64,000 nucleotides of DNA from Solirubrobacteraceae bacterium (GCA_035485715.1 DATHNT010000013.1:26448-90447); one strand, 5' to 3'. Shown: positions 7,100 through 17,354, counted from the stretch's first letter. Made by a program: numbers and translations. Notes: generated by a model not told the origin, from the letters alone.

Positions 7100-9619
7100 G
7101 TGAAGCTGTCGAACGCGCTACGCCTGTATCGGGTGCGTCTGCGCGCGCGCTTTCTGCAGGAGTGCTTTGCCGTGCTCGGCATCGCAGCCGGCGTCGCACT
7201 GCTGTTCGCCTCGCAGGTGTCGAGCTCGTCCCTGCAGGGCTCGGTCGCCCAGCTATCGCGTGCAGTCGTCGGCAAAGCCAATCTGCAACTCGTGGCGCGC
7301 GACCCGCACGGCTTTCCCGAGAGCATGCTTGCAAGGGTGCGCAATATCCCCGGTGTGCGGGTTGCGGCGCCGATATTGGAAGCCAACGCAAATGCTGTTG
7401 GGCCCCACGCCCGCGAGTCAATCGAGCTCGTAGGAGCGGATTCCGCTCTGTCTGCACTCCGCGGCACACTGCTCGCTCACGCCAACCTCTCGCCGTTCGG
7501 CAATATCGGCGCGGTCGCACTTCCCGCTCCCTTGGCCAAGGCGATCGGTGTCACCAAATTCGGGCAGGAAGTCAGCTTGCAGATTGCCGGGCGGACGGTT
7601 GACGCGCCGCTGTACGAACAGCTGCACGAACGCCAGATCGGTGCGCTGGTCGCCACACCGCTCGCGATCGCGCCGCTGTCCTACGCCCAGGAAATGACGG
7701 GCATGAGCGGTCGCGTGAGCCGCATCCTCGTGCAGAGCGCCGCCGGCTCACAGCCCAAGGTGCGAGCAGCGCTGACGGCACTTGCCGAGGGCCGCCTGAA
7801 CGTCGAGAGCACCAGCTACGACGAGACGCTGTTCGCGAAGGCGGCCACCGCCAGCAACCAGTCCACGGCTTTGTTCTCTGTCATCAGCGCCCTCGTTGGC
7901 TTCCTGTTTGCGTTCAACGCGATGCTGCTGACGGTGCCGCAGCGGCGGCGGCTGGTCGCGGACCTGCGCCGTGACGGGTACACGCCACTGACAGTGATCG
8001 CCGTGCTCTTGCTCGACGCGCTCGCTCTCGGGTTGATCGGCTGTGCGCTCGGGCTGGCGCTGGGCGAGGAGCTCTCGATTCACCTGTTTCATTCGAACCC
8101 GGCCTTCCTCTCGCTGGCCTTTGCCGTGGGCTCGCAGCGCGTCGTCAGTTGGCAGAGCGTCGCGATCGCGACCGGCGGCGGGATGCTGGCCGCAACCGTG
8201 GCGGTGTTGAGCCCGCTGCGCGACATCCTCTCGCGCGACCCGCTGGCCGCAATCAGTCCACGCGAAGGCAGCGGCGGCGCGCGCACAGGCCGACGCCGAG
8301 CGCTCGCGGGACTTGCTTGTCTTGCCGCCGCCACGGCAGTGCTGTTGGCCGAGCCGGATGCGGCCATTCCGGGCATGGTGCTGCTGCTCGGCGCGCTGCT
8401 GTTGGAGCTGCCGATCGTGCTCAGCGCGACGCTCGTAGCCGTCAAGCGGATCGGCTCTTTGATCGTGAGTCCCATCCCGCATGTCGCCGCAATGGAGCTT
8501 GGCGCCGCCCGCGCACGTGCCGTGGCGATAGCCGCAACGGGAGCAGTGGCCGTGTTCGGCAGCGTCGCGATCCAAGGTGCGCACGGCGACCTGCTGAGAG
8601 GGCTCGAAGGCGCGGCGCACGATACGAACGCCGCCACCGACGTTTGGGTAGCCCCTGCCGGCTCCTACAACCTGCTCGACACCACTCCCTTCACCCCAAC
8701 CGAGCGCTCGCGACTTGCACAGCTGCCGGGTGTGAAAGCAGTGCAGCTGTACCGCAGCGGCCTGCTCGACTACGGCTACCGGCGAGTGCTCGTGGTCGCG
8801 CCCGCGCGCGAAGCCACACCGCTGACACCCGCCGACCAACTGCTGCAAGGCAGCGCACACCAGGCCGAAGAACGAGTGCGCACGGGCGGCTGGGCGATCG
8901 TCTCGCAAGGGCTCGCCGAAGAACAGCACTTGCACGTCGGCCAGGTCTTCACCCCGCCCACACCCGATCCGCAGAGCTTCCGTGTGGCGGCGCTGTCGAC
9001 GAACCTCGGCTGGGCGCCCGGGTCGATTCTGATCAATGCAGCCGACTACGCGCGCGCGTGGGGGAGCCAGGATGCAAGCGCCTACAGCGTGCTGCTGAAT
9101 CCAGGCGTCCCGCCGAGACTCGCCGCCACCGAGATAAGGCATGCGCTCGGGCCTGGCACGGGGCTTGCGGTGCAAACCGCCGAAGCGCACGCGGCCGAGC
9201 AGGTCGCGCTCAGCCGCGAAGCCCTCGAACGACTCACACAGATCGCCACGCTGATCCCGATCGTGGCCGTGCTCGCGATGGCGGCGGCGATGGGCGCGAT
9301 GGTGTGGCAGCGCCGTCCGCGGCTGGCCAAGCTCAAGCTGGAGGGACTGCCGCGCGTGGAACTGTGGGGCACGATCCTGCTGGAGAGCCTGCTGCTACTC
9401 GGCGCCGGCTGCCTCACAGGGGCCGTCTTTGGCCTGTACGGCCAGCAACTGGCAGACCGTGCGCTTGCGCACGTGATCAACTTCCCCGTCGTCTATTCCG
9501 TCACGGCCCTGCCCGCGCTGCAGAGCCTCTCACTGGTAATCGTCACCGCGCTTGCGATCCTCGCGGTCCCAGGCTACATCGCCGCGTCGGTGCCGCCCGC
9601 GCTCGCGCTCCAAGATTGA
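7100..9619 (+). CDS. FtsX-like/MacB-type ABC permease with two extracytoplasmic + FtsX repeats (839 aa)
   Basis: N-terminal TM (LGIAAGVALLFAS), large soluble domain, 3-TM FtsX block (LVGFLFAFNAMLLTVPQRRR), then a second repeat; ends LALQD. GTG start chosen by alignment to the paralog at 36034. Confidence 0.9.
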   Translation: MKLSNALRLYRVRLRARFLQECFAVLGIAAGVALLFASQVSSSSLQGSVAQLSRAVVGKANLQLVARDPHGFPESMLARVRNIPGVRVAAPILEANANAVGPHARESIELVGADSALSALRGTLLAHANLSPFGNIGAVALPAPLAKAIGVTKFGQEVSLQIAGRTVDAPLYEQLHERQIGALVATPLAIAPLSYAQEMTGMSGRVSRILVQSAAGSQPKVRAALTALAEGRLNVESTSYDETLFAKAATASNQSTALFSVISALVGFLFAFNAMLLTVPQRRRLVADLRRDGYTPLTVIAVLLLDALALGLIGCALGLALGEELSIHLFHSNPAFLSLAFAVGSQRVVSWQSVAIATGGGMLAATVAVLSPLRDILSRDPLAAISPREGSGGARTGRRRALAGLACLAAATAVLLAEPDAAIPGMVLLLGALLLELPIVLSATLVAVKRIGSLIVSPIPHVAAMELGAARARAVAIAATGAVAVFGSVAIQGAHGDLLRGLEGAAHDTNAATDVWVAPAGSYNLLDTTPFTPTERSRLAQLPGVKAVQLYRSGLLDYGYRRVLVVAPAREATPLTPADQLLQGSAHQAEERVRTGGWAIVSQGLAEEQHLHVGQVFTPPTPDPQSFRVAALSTNLGWAPGSILINAADYARAWGSQDASAYSVLLNPGVPPRLAATEIRHALGPGTGLAVQTAEAHAAEQVALSREALERLTQIATLIPIVAVLAMAAAMGAMVWQRRPRLAKLKLEGLPRVELWGTILLESLLLLGAGCLTGAVFGLYGQQLADRALAHVINFPVVYSVTALPALQSLSLVIVTALAILAVPGYIAASVPPALALQD

Positions 9620-9626
9620 TACGCCG

Positions 9627-10346
9627 ATGGCCAAGGAAAGCGAGCGCGAGCAGGCACAGCGCGCGAGGCAGAAGCCGACACTCGAGCGCGAACGGACCGA
9701 ACGTACGAAGGCAAAGAAGCCGACGGGTGCAGGCGCCCAGCTCGAGCGCACCAAGCAAGAGCCCACCCGCGAGTACAAACAGGTCGAGCGCGCCAAGGCG
9801 CAGGAGCGCACACGCGAAGCGCTGATCGAGGCGGCAACCGACGAGTTCTTCGAGGGCAATTGGCTGAAAACCTCGCTCGACTCGCTCTCGCGCAAGGCCG
9901 GCGTCACCAGGCAGACACTGCTGCGCCACTTCGGCTCCAAGGACGGGCTGCTGATGCAGTCGCTGATGCGCGGCGCCGCACAGGTGCACGACCAACGCTG
10001 GAGCACGCCCACGACCAGCGTCGCCGACGCTGTGGACAACGTGATCGACCACTACGAAGATTGGGGCGAGCGCTCGGTGCGCGTCGGCGCCTGGCAGCGC
10101 GGCCCGACGGTGCTCGCCCTCTTCGCGAACGCTGCGCGCCAGATTCACTACGACTGGGTCGAGCACGCATTCGCGCATTGGCTTGAAGGGTTCGACGACG
10201 AAGCACGGGCGCAACTTCGGGCCATCTTGATCGTGCTGTGCGACGTGCAGACATGGTGGATTCTCTCCAACGACCTCGGCCTGCCGCGCAGGGAGGTCCA
10301 TGCGATCTTGACCGATCAGATCGAACGCGCACTGGAGGAGAAGTGA
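9627..10346 (+). CDS. TetR/AcrR-family transcriptional regulator with charged N-terminal extension
   Basis: HTH RTREALIEAA...SLDSLSRKAGVTRQTLLRHFGSKDGL. Confidence 0.9.
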   Translation: MAKESEREQAQRARQKPTLERERTERTKAKKPTGAGAQLERTKQEPTREYKQVERAKAQERTREALIEAATDEFFEGNWLKTSLDSLSRKAGVTRQTLLRHFGSKDGLLMQSLMRGAAQVHDQRWSTPTTSVADAVDNVIDHYEDWGERSVRVGAWQRGPTVLALFANAARQIHYDWVEHAFAHWLEGFDDEARAQLRAILIVLCDVQTWWILSNDLGLPRREVHAILTDQIERALEEK

Positions 10347-10392
10347 TGCAGGTCAGGCTCGCTTCGATACGCGCCGTCCCCATGCCCGCCCA

Positions 10393-10454
10393 GCGATCGA
10401 GCACGTACACATATTGGAAACGGGCGATCGAGCACGTGCACATGTTGGAAGCGG
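10393..10454. repeat. Tandem 31-bp direct repeat x2 (operator-like)
   Basis: GCGATCGAGCACGTACACATATTGGAAACGG / GCGATCGAGCACGTGCACATGTTGGAAGCGG, 28/31 identical. Confidence 0.85.
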
Positions 10455-10521
10455 CGGTCAAGTTGCCGTACGCGTGGGAGGCGGCGATGAAAATGCCGGT
10501 GCACCCGCGCCGGGGCCAGCG

Positions 10522-11853
10522 ATGAAGGTCTTGGCCTACACGTCCCCCGCGCGCGGCCACCTTTACCCGGCCGTGCCGATCATGGCAGAGCTCGCGCGGC
10601 GCGGCCACAGCGCGACGCTGTACTCGCTTGCCGGCGAGCTCGGACAGCTGGCGCCGCTTGGCATCGAGGGCGCCGCAATCGACCCCGCGATAGAACGCAT
10701 CGAGATCGAGGACTACCGCGAGCGCTCCCAGCTGGGCGCGATCCGCTCGGTATTCAGGGCGTTCCTGAAGCGCTCGGCGAGCGAGGCCCCCGACCTCGAA
10801 CAGGCGATTGCCAAGCACGATCCGGACTTGCTGCTGATCGACATCAACTGTTGGGGAGCAGCGACCGTGGCCGAGGCAAGCGGACGGCCGTGGGCCATAT
10901 ATTCGCCTTACCTGCTGCCGCTTCCCTCCAAAGACGCACCGGCCTACGGACCGGGACTGCGCCCGCTGGGCGGCCCGCTCGGGGCCGTGCGCGACACGAT
11001 CGTCAACCGCGTAAGCGAGCGCATCTCCTTTCAAAGCACGATGCCGCGGATCAACGCGCTGCGCTCCGAGCACGGGCTGCCCGCACTCGCACGCTTCGAC
11101 GACCTGCTGGCGGCGCCGAATCTGCTGCTGTCGCTGACCGCCGAGGGCTTCGAGTACCCGCGCGGCGACTGGCCGGCGAATGTGAAGCTGGTCGGCCCGA
11201 TGAATTGGAGTCCGCCGCTCGACGGACGCTCAGACAATGGTCTCGCTCACCGAACAGCACTCAACGAGGGAACTGCTCCCGAGCCACACTCTCCCGAGCC
11301 GACTTCTCCCCAACGCCTCCCAGATGCCCCCACGTGGCTGGACGAGCTGGCCGACCCACTGGTACTCGTCACCTGCTCGACCGAGCTCCAACGCGACAAG
11401 CGACTGCTGCACGTGGCACTCGAAGCGTTGCCGGCGGCCGGCATATCGGTACTCGGTACGACCGCGGCCCACGATCCCGCCGGCTTCGCCACCACACCCG
11501 GCAGCAAGGTCGTGCGCTTCGTCCCGCACGATGCCGTCCTCGGGCGTGCTGCGTGCGTGGTCTGCCACGGCGGCCTCGGCATCACACAAAAGGCGCTTGC
11601 AGCCGAGGTCCCGGTCGTGGTCGTGCCCTTTGGACGCGACCAAGCCGAGACGGCCAGACGGGTCGAGTTCGCCAAGGCCGGCGTGCGTCTCCCGCCACGC
11701 CACCTGACTCCCGAGCGGCTGCTCGGCGCCGTGCACGGCGCGATGCAGTGTCGCGAGGGCGCGCAACGCGTGAGTCGCGCTTACACTGCGGCCGGTGGAG
11801 CAAGCGCCGCGGCAGAAGCGATCGAGGCGATCGCCAGGGACGCATCGCGGTAG
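10522..11853 (+). CDS. GT1/MGT-family UDP-glycosyltransferase
   Basis: N-terminal GHLYP and C-terminal PSPG-like box FVPHDAVL...VCHGGLG...VVVPFGRDQ. Confidence 0.9.
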   Translation: MKVLAYTSPARGHLYPAVPIMAELARRGHSATLYSLAGELGQLAPLGIEGAAIDPAIERIEIEDYRERSQLGAIRSVFRAFLKRSASEAPDLEQAIAKHDPDLLLIDINCWGAATVAEASGRPWAIYSPYLLPLPSKDAPAYGPGLRPLGGPLGAVRDTIVNRVSERISFQSTMPRINALRSEHGLPALARFDDLLAAPNLLLSLTAEGFEYPRGDWPANVKLVGPMNWSPPLDGRSDNGLAHRTALNEGTAPEPHSPEPTSPQRLPDAPTWLDELADPLVLVTCSTELQRDKRLLHVALEALPAAGISVLGTTAAHDPAGFATTPGSKVVRFVPHDAVLGRAACVVCHGGLGITQKALAAEVPVVVVPFGRDQAETARRVEFAKAGVRLPPRHLTPERLLGAVHGAMQCREGAQRVSRAYTAAGGASAAAEAIEAIARDASR

Positions 11854-11867
11854 GGGTGTGCCCGACA

Positions 11868-12017
11868 GGCCTGCTCGGGACAGAGGGCCGGACAGGCTTA
11901 CGCGTGAAGGAGCGCCTCACAGGTTTGCTCGCGAGGGCCTGCTCGGGACAGAGGCCGGGACAGGCTCACGCGTGAAGGAGCGCCTCACAGGTTTGCTCGC
12001 GACAGAGGCTCACGCGT
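11868..12017. repeat. 68-bp tandem repeat x2 plus partial third copy (intergenic)
   Basis: Units at 11868-11935 and 11936-12003 are 64/68 identical; partial AGAGGCTCACGCGT follows. Confidence 0.9.
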
Positions 12018-12060
12018 TGGGAAAGCGCGGCTGGCGCTACGCCCAAAGGCGCCCTGAAAG

Positions 12061-13302
12061 ATGCTCGGCGTCGTTCACGTAGCGCCGGGCACGTTTTTTG
12101 CGGTCATCGCCGCTTCGGCGGTGGCAGCCACGATCGCGACACTCGCAGGAGGTCGCGGCTTGGTCGTACCGGTCGTCGTGATCGAGCTGCTGCTCGGGAT
12201 CGTGCTCGGGCCATATGTGCTCGGCCTGCACGTCAACCAGTTCATCCAGTTCTTTGCGGACCTCGGCCTCGGCCTGCTGTTCTTCTTCGCCGGCTATGAG
12301 ATCGACATGCAGCGGATCATGGGTCTGCCGCTGCGCCTCGGTTTGATCGGCTGGCTTCTCTCGCTCGCTCTGGCCTACACGATCGGTGGCGTGCTCGCCG
12401 CATCCGGGATCGTGCTGTCGCTCCTCTATACGGGCTCGGCACTTTCGACCACCGCGATCGGCACGCTGATCCCGATCCTCTCCGACGCCGGCGAGATGCG
12501 TACCCCTTTCGGCACCTACCTGCTGGCCGCTGGCGCCGTGGGTGAGTTCGGACCGATCCTGCTGCTGACACTGATCCTCTCAACGCAGAGCACCGCCCAC
12601 AACGCGGTCATCCTGGTCGCGTTCGTGGCCCTGGCGGTCGGGGTCGCGATCTTCGCGGTGCGTTCCTCCGAGCGCACGCTACCGCTGTTCGAGCAGACGA
12701 TCGAGGCCAGCTCGCAACTGGTCGTGCGCTGGATTCTCGTGCTCGTGTTCGCGCTCGCGCTGCTTGCTTTCGAACTGGGCCTCGACCTGCTGCTGGGCGG
12801 CTTTGCGGCAGGGATAATCACCCGTCAGGTACTCAAGACTCGGGAGCTGCCGGCGTTCGACTCAAAGCTGACGGCGGTCGCGTTCGGCGTGTTCGTGCCG
12901 TTCTTCTTCGTCGTCAGCGGCATGGGCCTCGACATCCACGCGTTGTTCGCGAGCGTCTCGGGTGTCTTGAAGATGCTGCTGTTCTTCGTGCTGTTCCTGG
13001 TCGTGCGCGGTACACCCGCGCTCGTCCTCTATCGCAAGGTGCTCGACGCACGCGCACGCCTGGCGCTGGCGCTGATGAGCTCGACGCAGTTGCCGCTTGT
13101 GTTGGCGATCACCGCGCTGGCCACTTCCAGCGGTCACATGCGGCCCTCGACCGCCGCCGCACTGGTTGGGGCCGCGGTCCTCTCCACGCTCGTCTTCCCC
13201 TTCGTGGCTCTGCGACTGCGGGGCGACTTGGGAACCACGCTTGACACGCCCGCCCTAAGCGGTGAGGATTGGCGCGTTGCCACCGCTAGCCAGGAGCATT
13301 GA
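12061..13302 (+). CDS. Cation:proton antiporter (CPA2 family)
   Basis: Polytopic; LLFFFAGYEID, STTAIGTL, AGAVGEFGPI, FFFVVSGMGLD. Confidence 0.85.
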   Translation: MLGVVHVAPGTFFAVIAASAVAATIATLAGGRGLVVPVVVIELLLGIVLGPYVLGLHVNQFIQFFADLGLGLLFFFAGYEIDMQRIMGLPLRLGLIGWLLSLALAYTIGGVLAASGIVLSLLYTGSALSTTAIGTLIPILSDAGEMRTPFGTYLLAAGAVGEFGPILLLTLILSTQSTAHNAVILVAFVALAVGVAIFAVRSSERTLPLFEQTIEASSQLVVRWILVLVFALALLAFELGLDLLLGGFAAGIITRQVLKTRELPAFDSKLTAVAFGVFVPFFFVVSGMGLDIHALFASVSGVLKMLLFFVLFLVVRGTPALVLYRKVLDARARLALALMSSTQLPLVLAITALATSSGHMRPSTAAALVGAAVLSTLVFPFVALRLRGDLGTTLDTPALSGEDWRVATASQEH

Positions 13303-13305
13303 GCC

Positions 13306-15516
13306 GTGACCGGCGTGCTGTACGGGCTGGCAAGATTTTGCGTGCGGCATCGCTTCGTGACGATCGCCGTGTGGCTGCTGGTGACGATCGTGCTCGTCAC
13401 CGTTTCACACAGCTTGGGCGAAAACACCAACGACAACCTGTCGCTGCCCGGGACCGACAGCCAGCACGCCACCGACACGCTCAGCCACTCGTTCCCTGAC
13501 CAGGCCAACGGCACGAGCCCGATCGTGCTGCACGCGGCCAAAGGCAAGCTGACCGAATCCAAGTATGCGAGCGCCGTCAATGAAGCGGCGGCCGATGTGG
13601 CAAAGGCTCCGCATGTCGCGTCGGTGGTCAATCCGCTCACCCCCGCGGGGGCCAACGCCTTGAGCAAAGACAAGTCGACTGGCTACCTGTCGGTCACCCT
13701 GGCCGTCTCACCAGGCGAACTATCCGTCTCAGAAGTGCAGACGATCATCGACGCGGCCGACCCGGCCAAGGCTGCCGGGCTGGAGGTGGAGACCGGCGGT
13801 CAGCTGGGTCAGAAGGTCTCCAAAACCTCGACCGAGTCCAGCGAGCTGATCGGGATCATCGCGGCGATGGTGATCCTGACGTTCACGTTCGGCACGGTCG
13901 TCTCGATGCTGCTGCCGATCCTCAATGCCGTACTCGCGCTGCTCTCGACGCTCGCGATCATCCGCCTGCTCGGGCACGTGATCAGCGTGCCGACGGTCGC
14001 CCCCACACTCGCGACGATGATCGGGCTGGGCGTGGGCATCGACTACGCGCTGTTCATCGTGACACGCCACCTGCGCGGACTGGACGAAGGGCACGACGTT
14101 CACGAGTCGATCGCGCGCGGCGCGGCGACCTCCGGCGGAGCCGTGTTCTTTGCGGGCTGCACCGTGACGATCGCGCTCGTCTCGCTGGCAGTGGCCAAAA
14201 TTCCGCTGGTCACGACGATGGGCCTGATGGCGGGTATCGCGGTCGTGGTCGCCGTGCTGGCGGCGCTCACGCTGATGCCGGCGCTGGTCGCGACAGCAGG
14301 TCCGCACATCAACTCGCTGCGCGTGCGCACGCCACCCTCGAACGCTCAATCCAAGCAGGGCGCATGGGCCAAGTGGGCCGCCGACATCGCCAAGCACCCC
14401 GCACTTGCGGGTCTGGCAGCACTTGCGATCCTGCTGCCGCTGACGATCCCGCTGCTGTCGCTGAACCTCGGACAGGAAGACGTGGCAGCGCTGTCCACCT
14501 CGACCACCGCGCGGCGCGCCTATGACCTGATATCGGCGAACTTCGGCCCGGGAGTGAACGGCCCGCTGATCGTCGCTGTCACGCTGGGCACTCCTGCGAA
14601 AGGCACAACCGACCCGCGCTTGGCGACGTTGCAGAAGGACGTGTCCTCCACAAAGGGGGTAGCCGCGATCACTCAGATCCAGATCGACAAGGCGGGCACC
14701 GCCGCCTATTTCAACGCAATCGCCACCACCGGGCCGGCCGAAAAAGCGACCAAGGAACTGGTCGACCACCTGCGCTCGAGCGTCATCCCCAGCTCTGAAA
14801 AGGGCACCGACATGCACGCCGACGTCGGCGGCAGCACGGCTGGCAACATCGACCTCGCAACACAAATCTCGAACAAGCTGCCGCTACAGATCCTGGTCGT
14901 GATCGCACTCAGCTTCGTGCTGCTGATCCTTGCTTTCCGCACCGTGGTGATCCCGCCCCAAGCGGCGCTCATGAACCTGCTCTCGATCGGGGCCTCCTAC
15001 GGCGTGCTGACCGCCGTCTTTCAATACGGCTGGCTCAGCGGCCTGATCGGCCTCAGCGGGCCGGTGCCGATCGTCTCCTATGTGCCGCTGTTCATGTTCG
15101 CGATCCTGTTCGGACTCTCGATGGATTACGAGGTGTTCCTCGTCAGCCAGATCGAGGAGCACGTGCACGCCGGCGAGGACAATCGCGGCTCGGTAATCTC
15201 CGGTCTGGTCACAAGCGCACGTGTGATCACGGCGGCGGCGCTGATTATGGTGTTCGTGTTCGGCAGCTTTGTGCTCAACGGCTCCCCCACGATCAAGCAG
15301 TTCGGCGTCGGCTTGGCCGTAGCGGTGATCCTCGACTCGACGGTCGTGCGCTGCCTGCTGGTGCCGGCTTTGATGATCCTGATGGGCAAGTTCAACTGGT
15401 ACATGCCGGGCTGGCTGGACCGCGTTACACCACATCTGAACATCGAGGGCGCCGAGTTCTTTCAGAAGCGCGACGCACAGCCAGAGCCCAAGCCCGCGGC
15501 GTTGACCGACGCCTGA
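13306..15516 (+). CDS. MMPL-family (RND) transporter
   Basis: Two MMPL repeats; GLGVGIDYALF and FAILFGLSMDYEVFL motifs. Confidence 0.92.
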   Translation: MTGVLYGLARFCVRHRFVTIAVWLLVTIVLVTVSHSLGENTNDNLSLPGTDSQHATDTLSHSFPDQANGTSPIVLHAAKGKLTESKYASAVNEAAADVAKAPHVASVVNPLTPAGANALSKDKSTGYLSVTLAVSPGELSVSEVQTIIDAADPAKAAGLEVETGGQLGQKVSKTSTESSELIGIIAAMVILTFTFGTVVSMLLPILNAVLALLSTLAIIRLLGHVISVPTVAPTLATMIGLGVGIDYALFIVTRHLRGLDEGHDVHESIARGAATSGGAVFFAGCTVTIALVSLAVAKIPLVTTMGLMAGIAVVVAVLAALTLMPALVATAGPHINSLRVRTPPSNAQSKQGAWAKWAADIAKHPALAGLAALAILLPLTIPLLSLNLGQEDVAALSTSTTARRAYDLISANFGPGVNGPLIVAVTLGTPAKGTTDPRLATLQKDVSSTKGVAAITQIQIDKAGTAAYFNAIATTGPAEKATKELVDHLRSSVIPSSEKGTDMHADVGGSTAGNIDLATQISNKLPLQILVVIALSFVLLILAFRTVVIPPQAALMNLLSIGASYGVLTAVFQYGWLSGLIGLSGPVPIVSYVPLFMFAILFGLSMDYEVFLVSQIEEHVHAGEDNRGSVISGLVTSARVITAAALIMVFVFGSFVLNGSPTIKQFGVGLAVAVILDSTVVRCLLVPALMILMGKFNWYMPGWLDRVTPHLNIEGAEFFQKRDAQPEPKPAALTDA

Positions 15517-15757
15517 GAGCAGCGACGGCGGCACAAGTCGATCTTCCTCCCTGCGGCCAAATGCGCCCTTTCCAGGGAGCACGCGAGATCCGCTCCTGAG
15601 GGCATGCGAAGTGTCAGGCCGCTGAGCCCAAATAAAACACTGCCCGAACAGCACCTCCAGCAGAACTGGCCGGCTAGCCAATTGTCGCTGAGCGCGCTAG
15701 GCTCAAGGCCCCCACGCAAGAAGCCCCCAGCGAGCGAAACAGGAACGGAGCCCCACC

Positions 15758-17155
15758 GTGAACAGCATCCTGGAGAACCGTCGCATCATGCAGCAACTTC
15801 CCCCCGGGCCCAAAGTGCCGGCCAGCGTGCAGATGGCAGGCTCGTGGCTGCGCCCGACAAGCGTCGTGGTACGCGCCCGCGAGCGCTACGGCAAGCGCTT
15901 CTCCGTGCGGCTGCTCGGCCAGCTGCCGTTCGTCGTCCTCTCAGACCCCGATGAGATCAAGGAAGTCTTCCAAGCATCCCCCGAGGTGCTGCACCCGGGC
16001 GAGGGCGCGCGCATCCTCGAGCCGATCGTCGGCCCGAACTCGGTGATCCTGCTGGATGAGAAGCCGCATCTGAGCCAGCGCAAGCTGATGCTGCCGGCCT
16101 TCCACGGCGATGCGATGCAGGCCCTGGCGGAGCTGATGAACGAGCTGACCGAGCGCGAGATCGCCACTTGGCCGCAGGACGAGCCGGTCCCGCTGCACCC
16201 GCGCCTGCAGCAGCTGACGCTCGAGATCGTGCTGCGAGCAGTCTTCGGGCTGGAGCAGGGAGCCCAGCTAGACCGCTTGCGCGACTTGCTGACGCAGCTG
16301 CTCGAGTTCGCCGAGAACCCGATCTCGCTGCTGCCGTTCGCCCAGCGCGCCCTGGCCGGCCGTGGCCCGATGGGTCGCCTGGAACGGCTCCGCGAGGAGA
16401 CCGACCGGCTGATCTTCGAGCTGATCGACGAGCGTCGTCGCGAAGACGCCCACGGTCCAGACGTGCTCACCATGCTGCTGGGCGCCGAACACGAGGACGG
16501 CTCGCCGATGAGCCCTACCGAGCTGCGTGATGAGCTGGTGACGGCGCTGGTCGCCGGCCACGAGACGACGGCTTCGCAGCTGGCATGGGGCTTCGAGCTG
16601 CTGGCGCGCAATCCCCGCGTCGCACAGCGCCTCTCCGCGGAGCTGAACGCGGACCCCGACTCGCCCTACCTGACGGCCACGATCCACGAGATCATGCGCC
16701 GCCGCCCGGTGCTGATGAACGCCGAGCCGCGCTTGGTCAAGCAGCCGGTGGAAATCGGCGGCGTCAGCTACCCGCCGGGCGTGGTGCTGATCGCAAGCGC
16801 CTATCTCGTCCATCACGACCCCGACATCTACCCGCAGCCATACGCGTTCCGTCCCGAGCGCTTCCTGGAGAGCGAGGGCGGCAAGGCTCCGGGCACCTAC
16901 ACGTGGCTCCCCTTCGGCGGTGGCCGCCGCCGCTGCCTCGGCGCGAGCTTCGCGATGCTGGAGATGAAGATCGTGCTGCGCAGTGTGATCGAGCGCAATC
17001 TCGTGCTGCCGGTCGGCGATCGCCCGGAGAGCGCGCGCCGGCGCTCGATCACGATCAGCCCGTCGCGCGCCTGCGAAGTGATCTTGCGCGCGCGGCAGGA
17101 GGCGAGCCTAGAGTCGGAGCCAGCTCTCGGAGAGAAGGTCCCGGTACTCGCCTGA
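15758..17155 (+). CDS. Cytochrome P450
   Basis: LPPGP, AGHETT I-helix, EIMR (ExxR), FRPERF, heme motif PFGGGRRRCLG. Start could be 15788. Confidence 0.95.
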   Translation: MNSILENRRIMQQLPPGPKVPASVQMAGSWLRPTSVVVRARERYGKRFSVRLLGQLPFVVLSDPDEIKEVFQASPEVLHPGEGARILEPIVGPNSVILLDEKPHLSQRKLMLPAFHGDAMQALAELMNELTEREIATWPQDEPVPLHPRLQQLTLEIVLRAVFGLEQGAQLDRLRDLLTQLLEFAENPISLLPFAQRALAGRGPMGRLERLREETDRLIFELIDERRREDAHGPDVLTMLLGAEHEDGSPMSPTELRDELVTALVAGHETTASQLAWGFELLARNPRVAQRLSAELNADPDSPYLTATIHEIMRRRPVLMNAEPRLVKQPVEIGGVSYPPGVVLIASAYLVHHDPDIYPQPYAFRPERFLESEGGKAPGTYTWLPFGGGRRRCLGASFAMLEMKIVLRSVIERNLVLPVGDRPESARRRSITISPSRACEVILRARQEASLESEPALGEKVPVLA

Positions 17156-17182
17156 CGCCCCGCCAGGGTGGATGACGGGGCG
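17156..17182 (+). terminator. Hairpin immediately after P450 stop
   Basis: CGCCCCGCCA-N7-TGACGGGGCG stem-loop; no U tract. Confidence 0.5.
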
Positions 17183-17244
17183 CTAACTCGCCCGACACCG
17201 CGCGGCTAGGCTGGGTGGTGGACACCAAATATGGAAGGTTCTGA

Positions 17245-17294
17245 ATATAACTTCTAGGTTGTGGTAAGGACTGCATACAACTTATAGGTTGTAT
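17245..17294. promoter_or_regulatory. Pair of palindromic operator-like sites, 30-bp period
   Basis: ATATAACTTCTAGGTTGTGG (17245-17264) and ATACAACTTATAGGTTGTAT (17275-17294; perfect 7-bp arms) in AT-rich intergenic DNA. Confidence 0.65.
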
Positions 17295-17354
17295 TTGTGA
17301 TCACCGCGAAAGACAACCACGTGCATCCCCATAATCGCTCCGCGTCATGCGACG

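Noticed and set aside
17055-17276. 73-aa minus-strand ORF starting in the operator pair
   Set aside because: No RBS, antisense to the P450 3' end, and no recognisable features.
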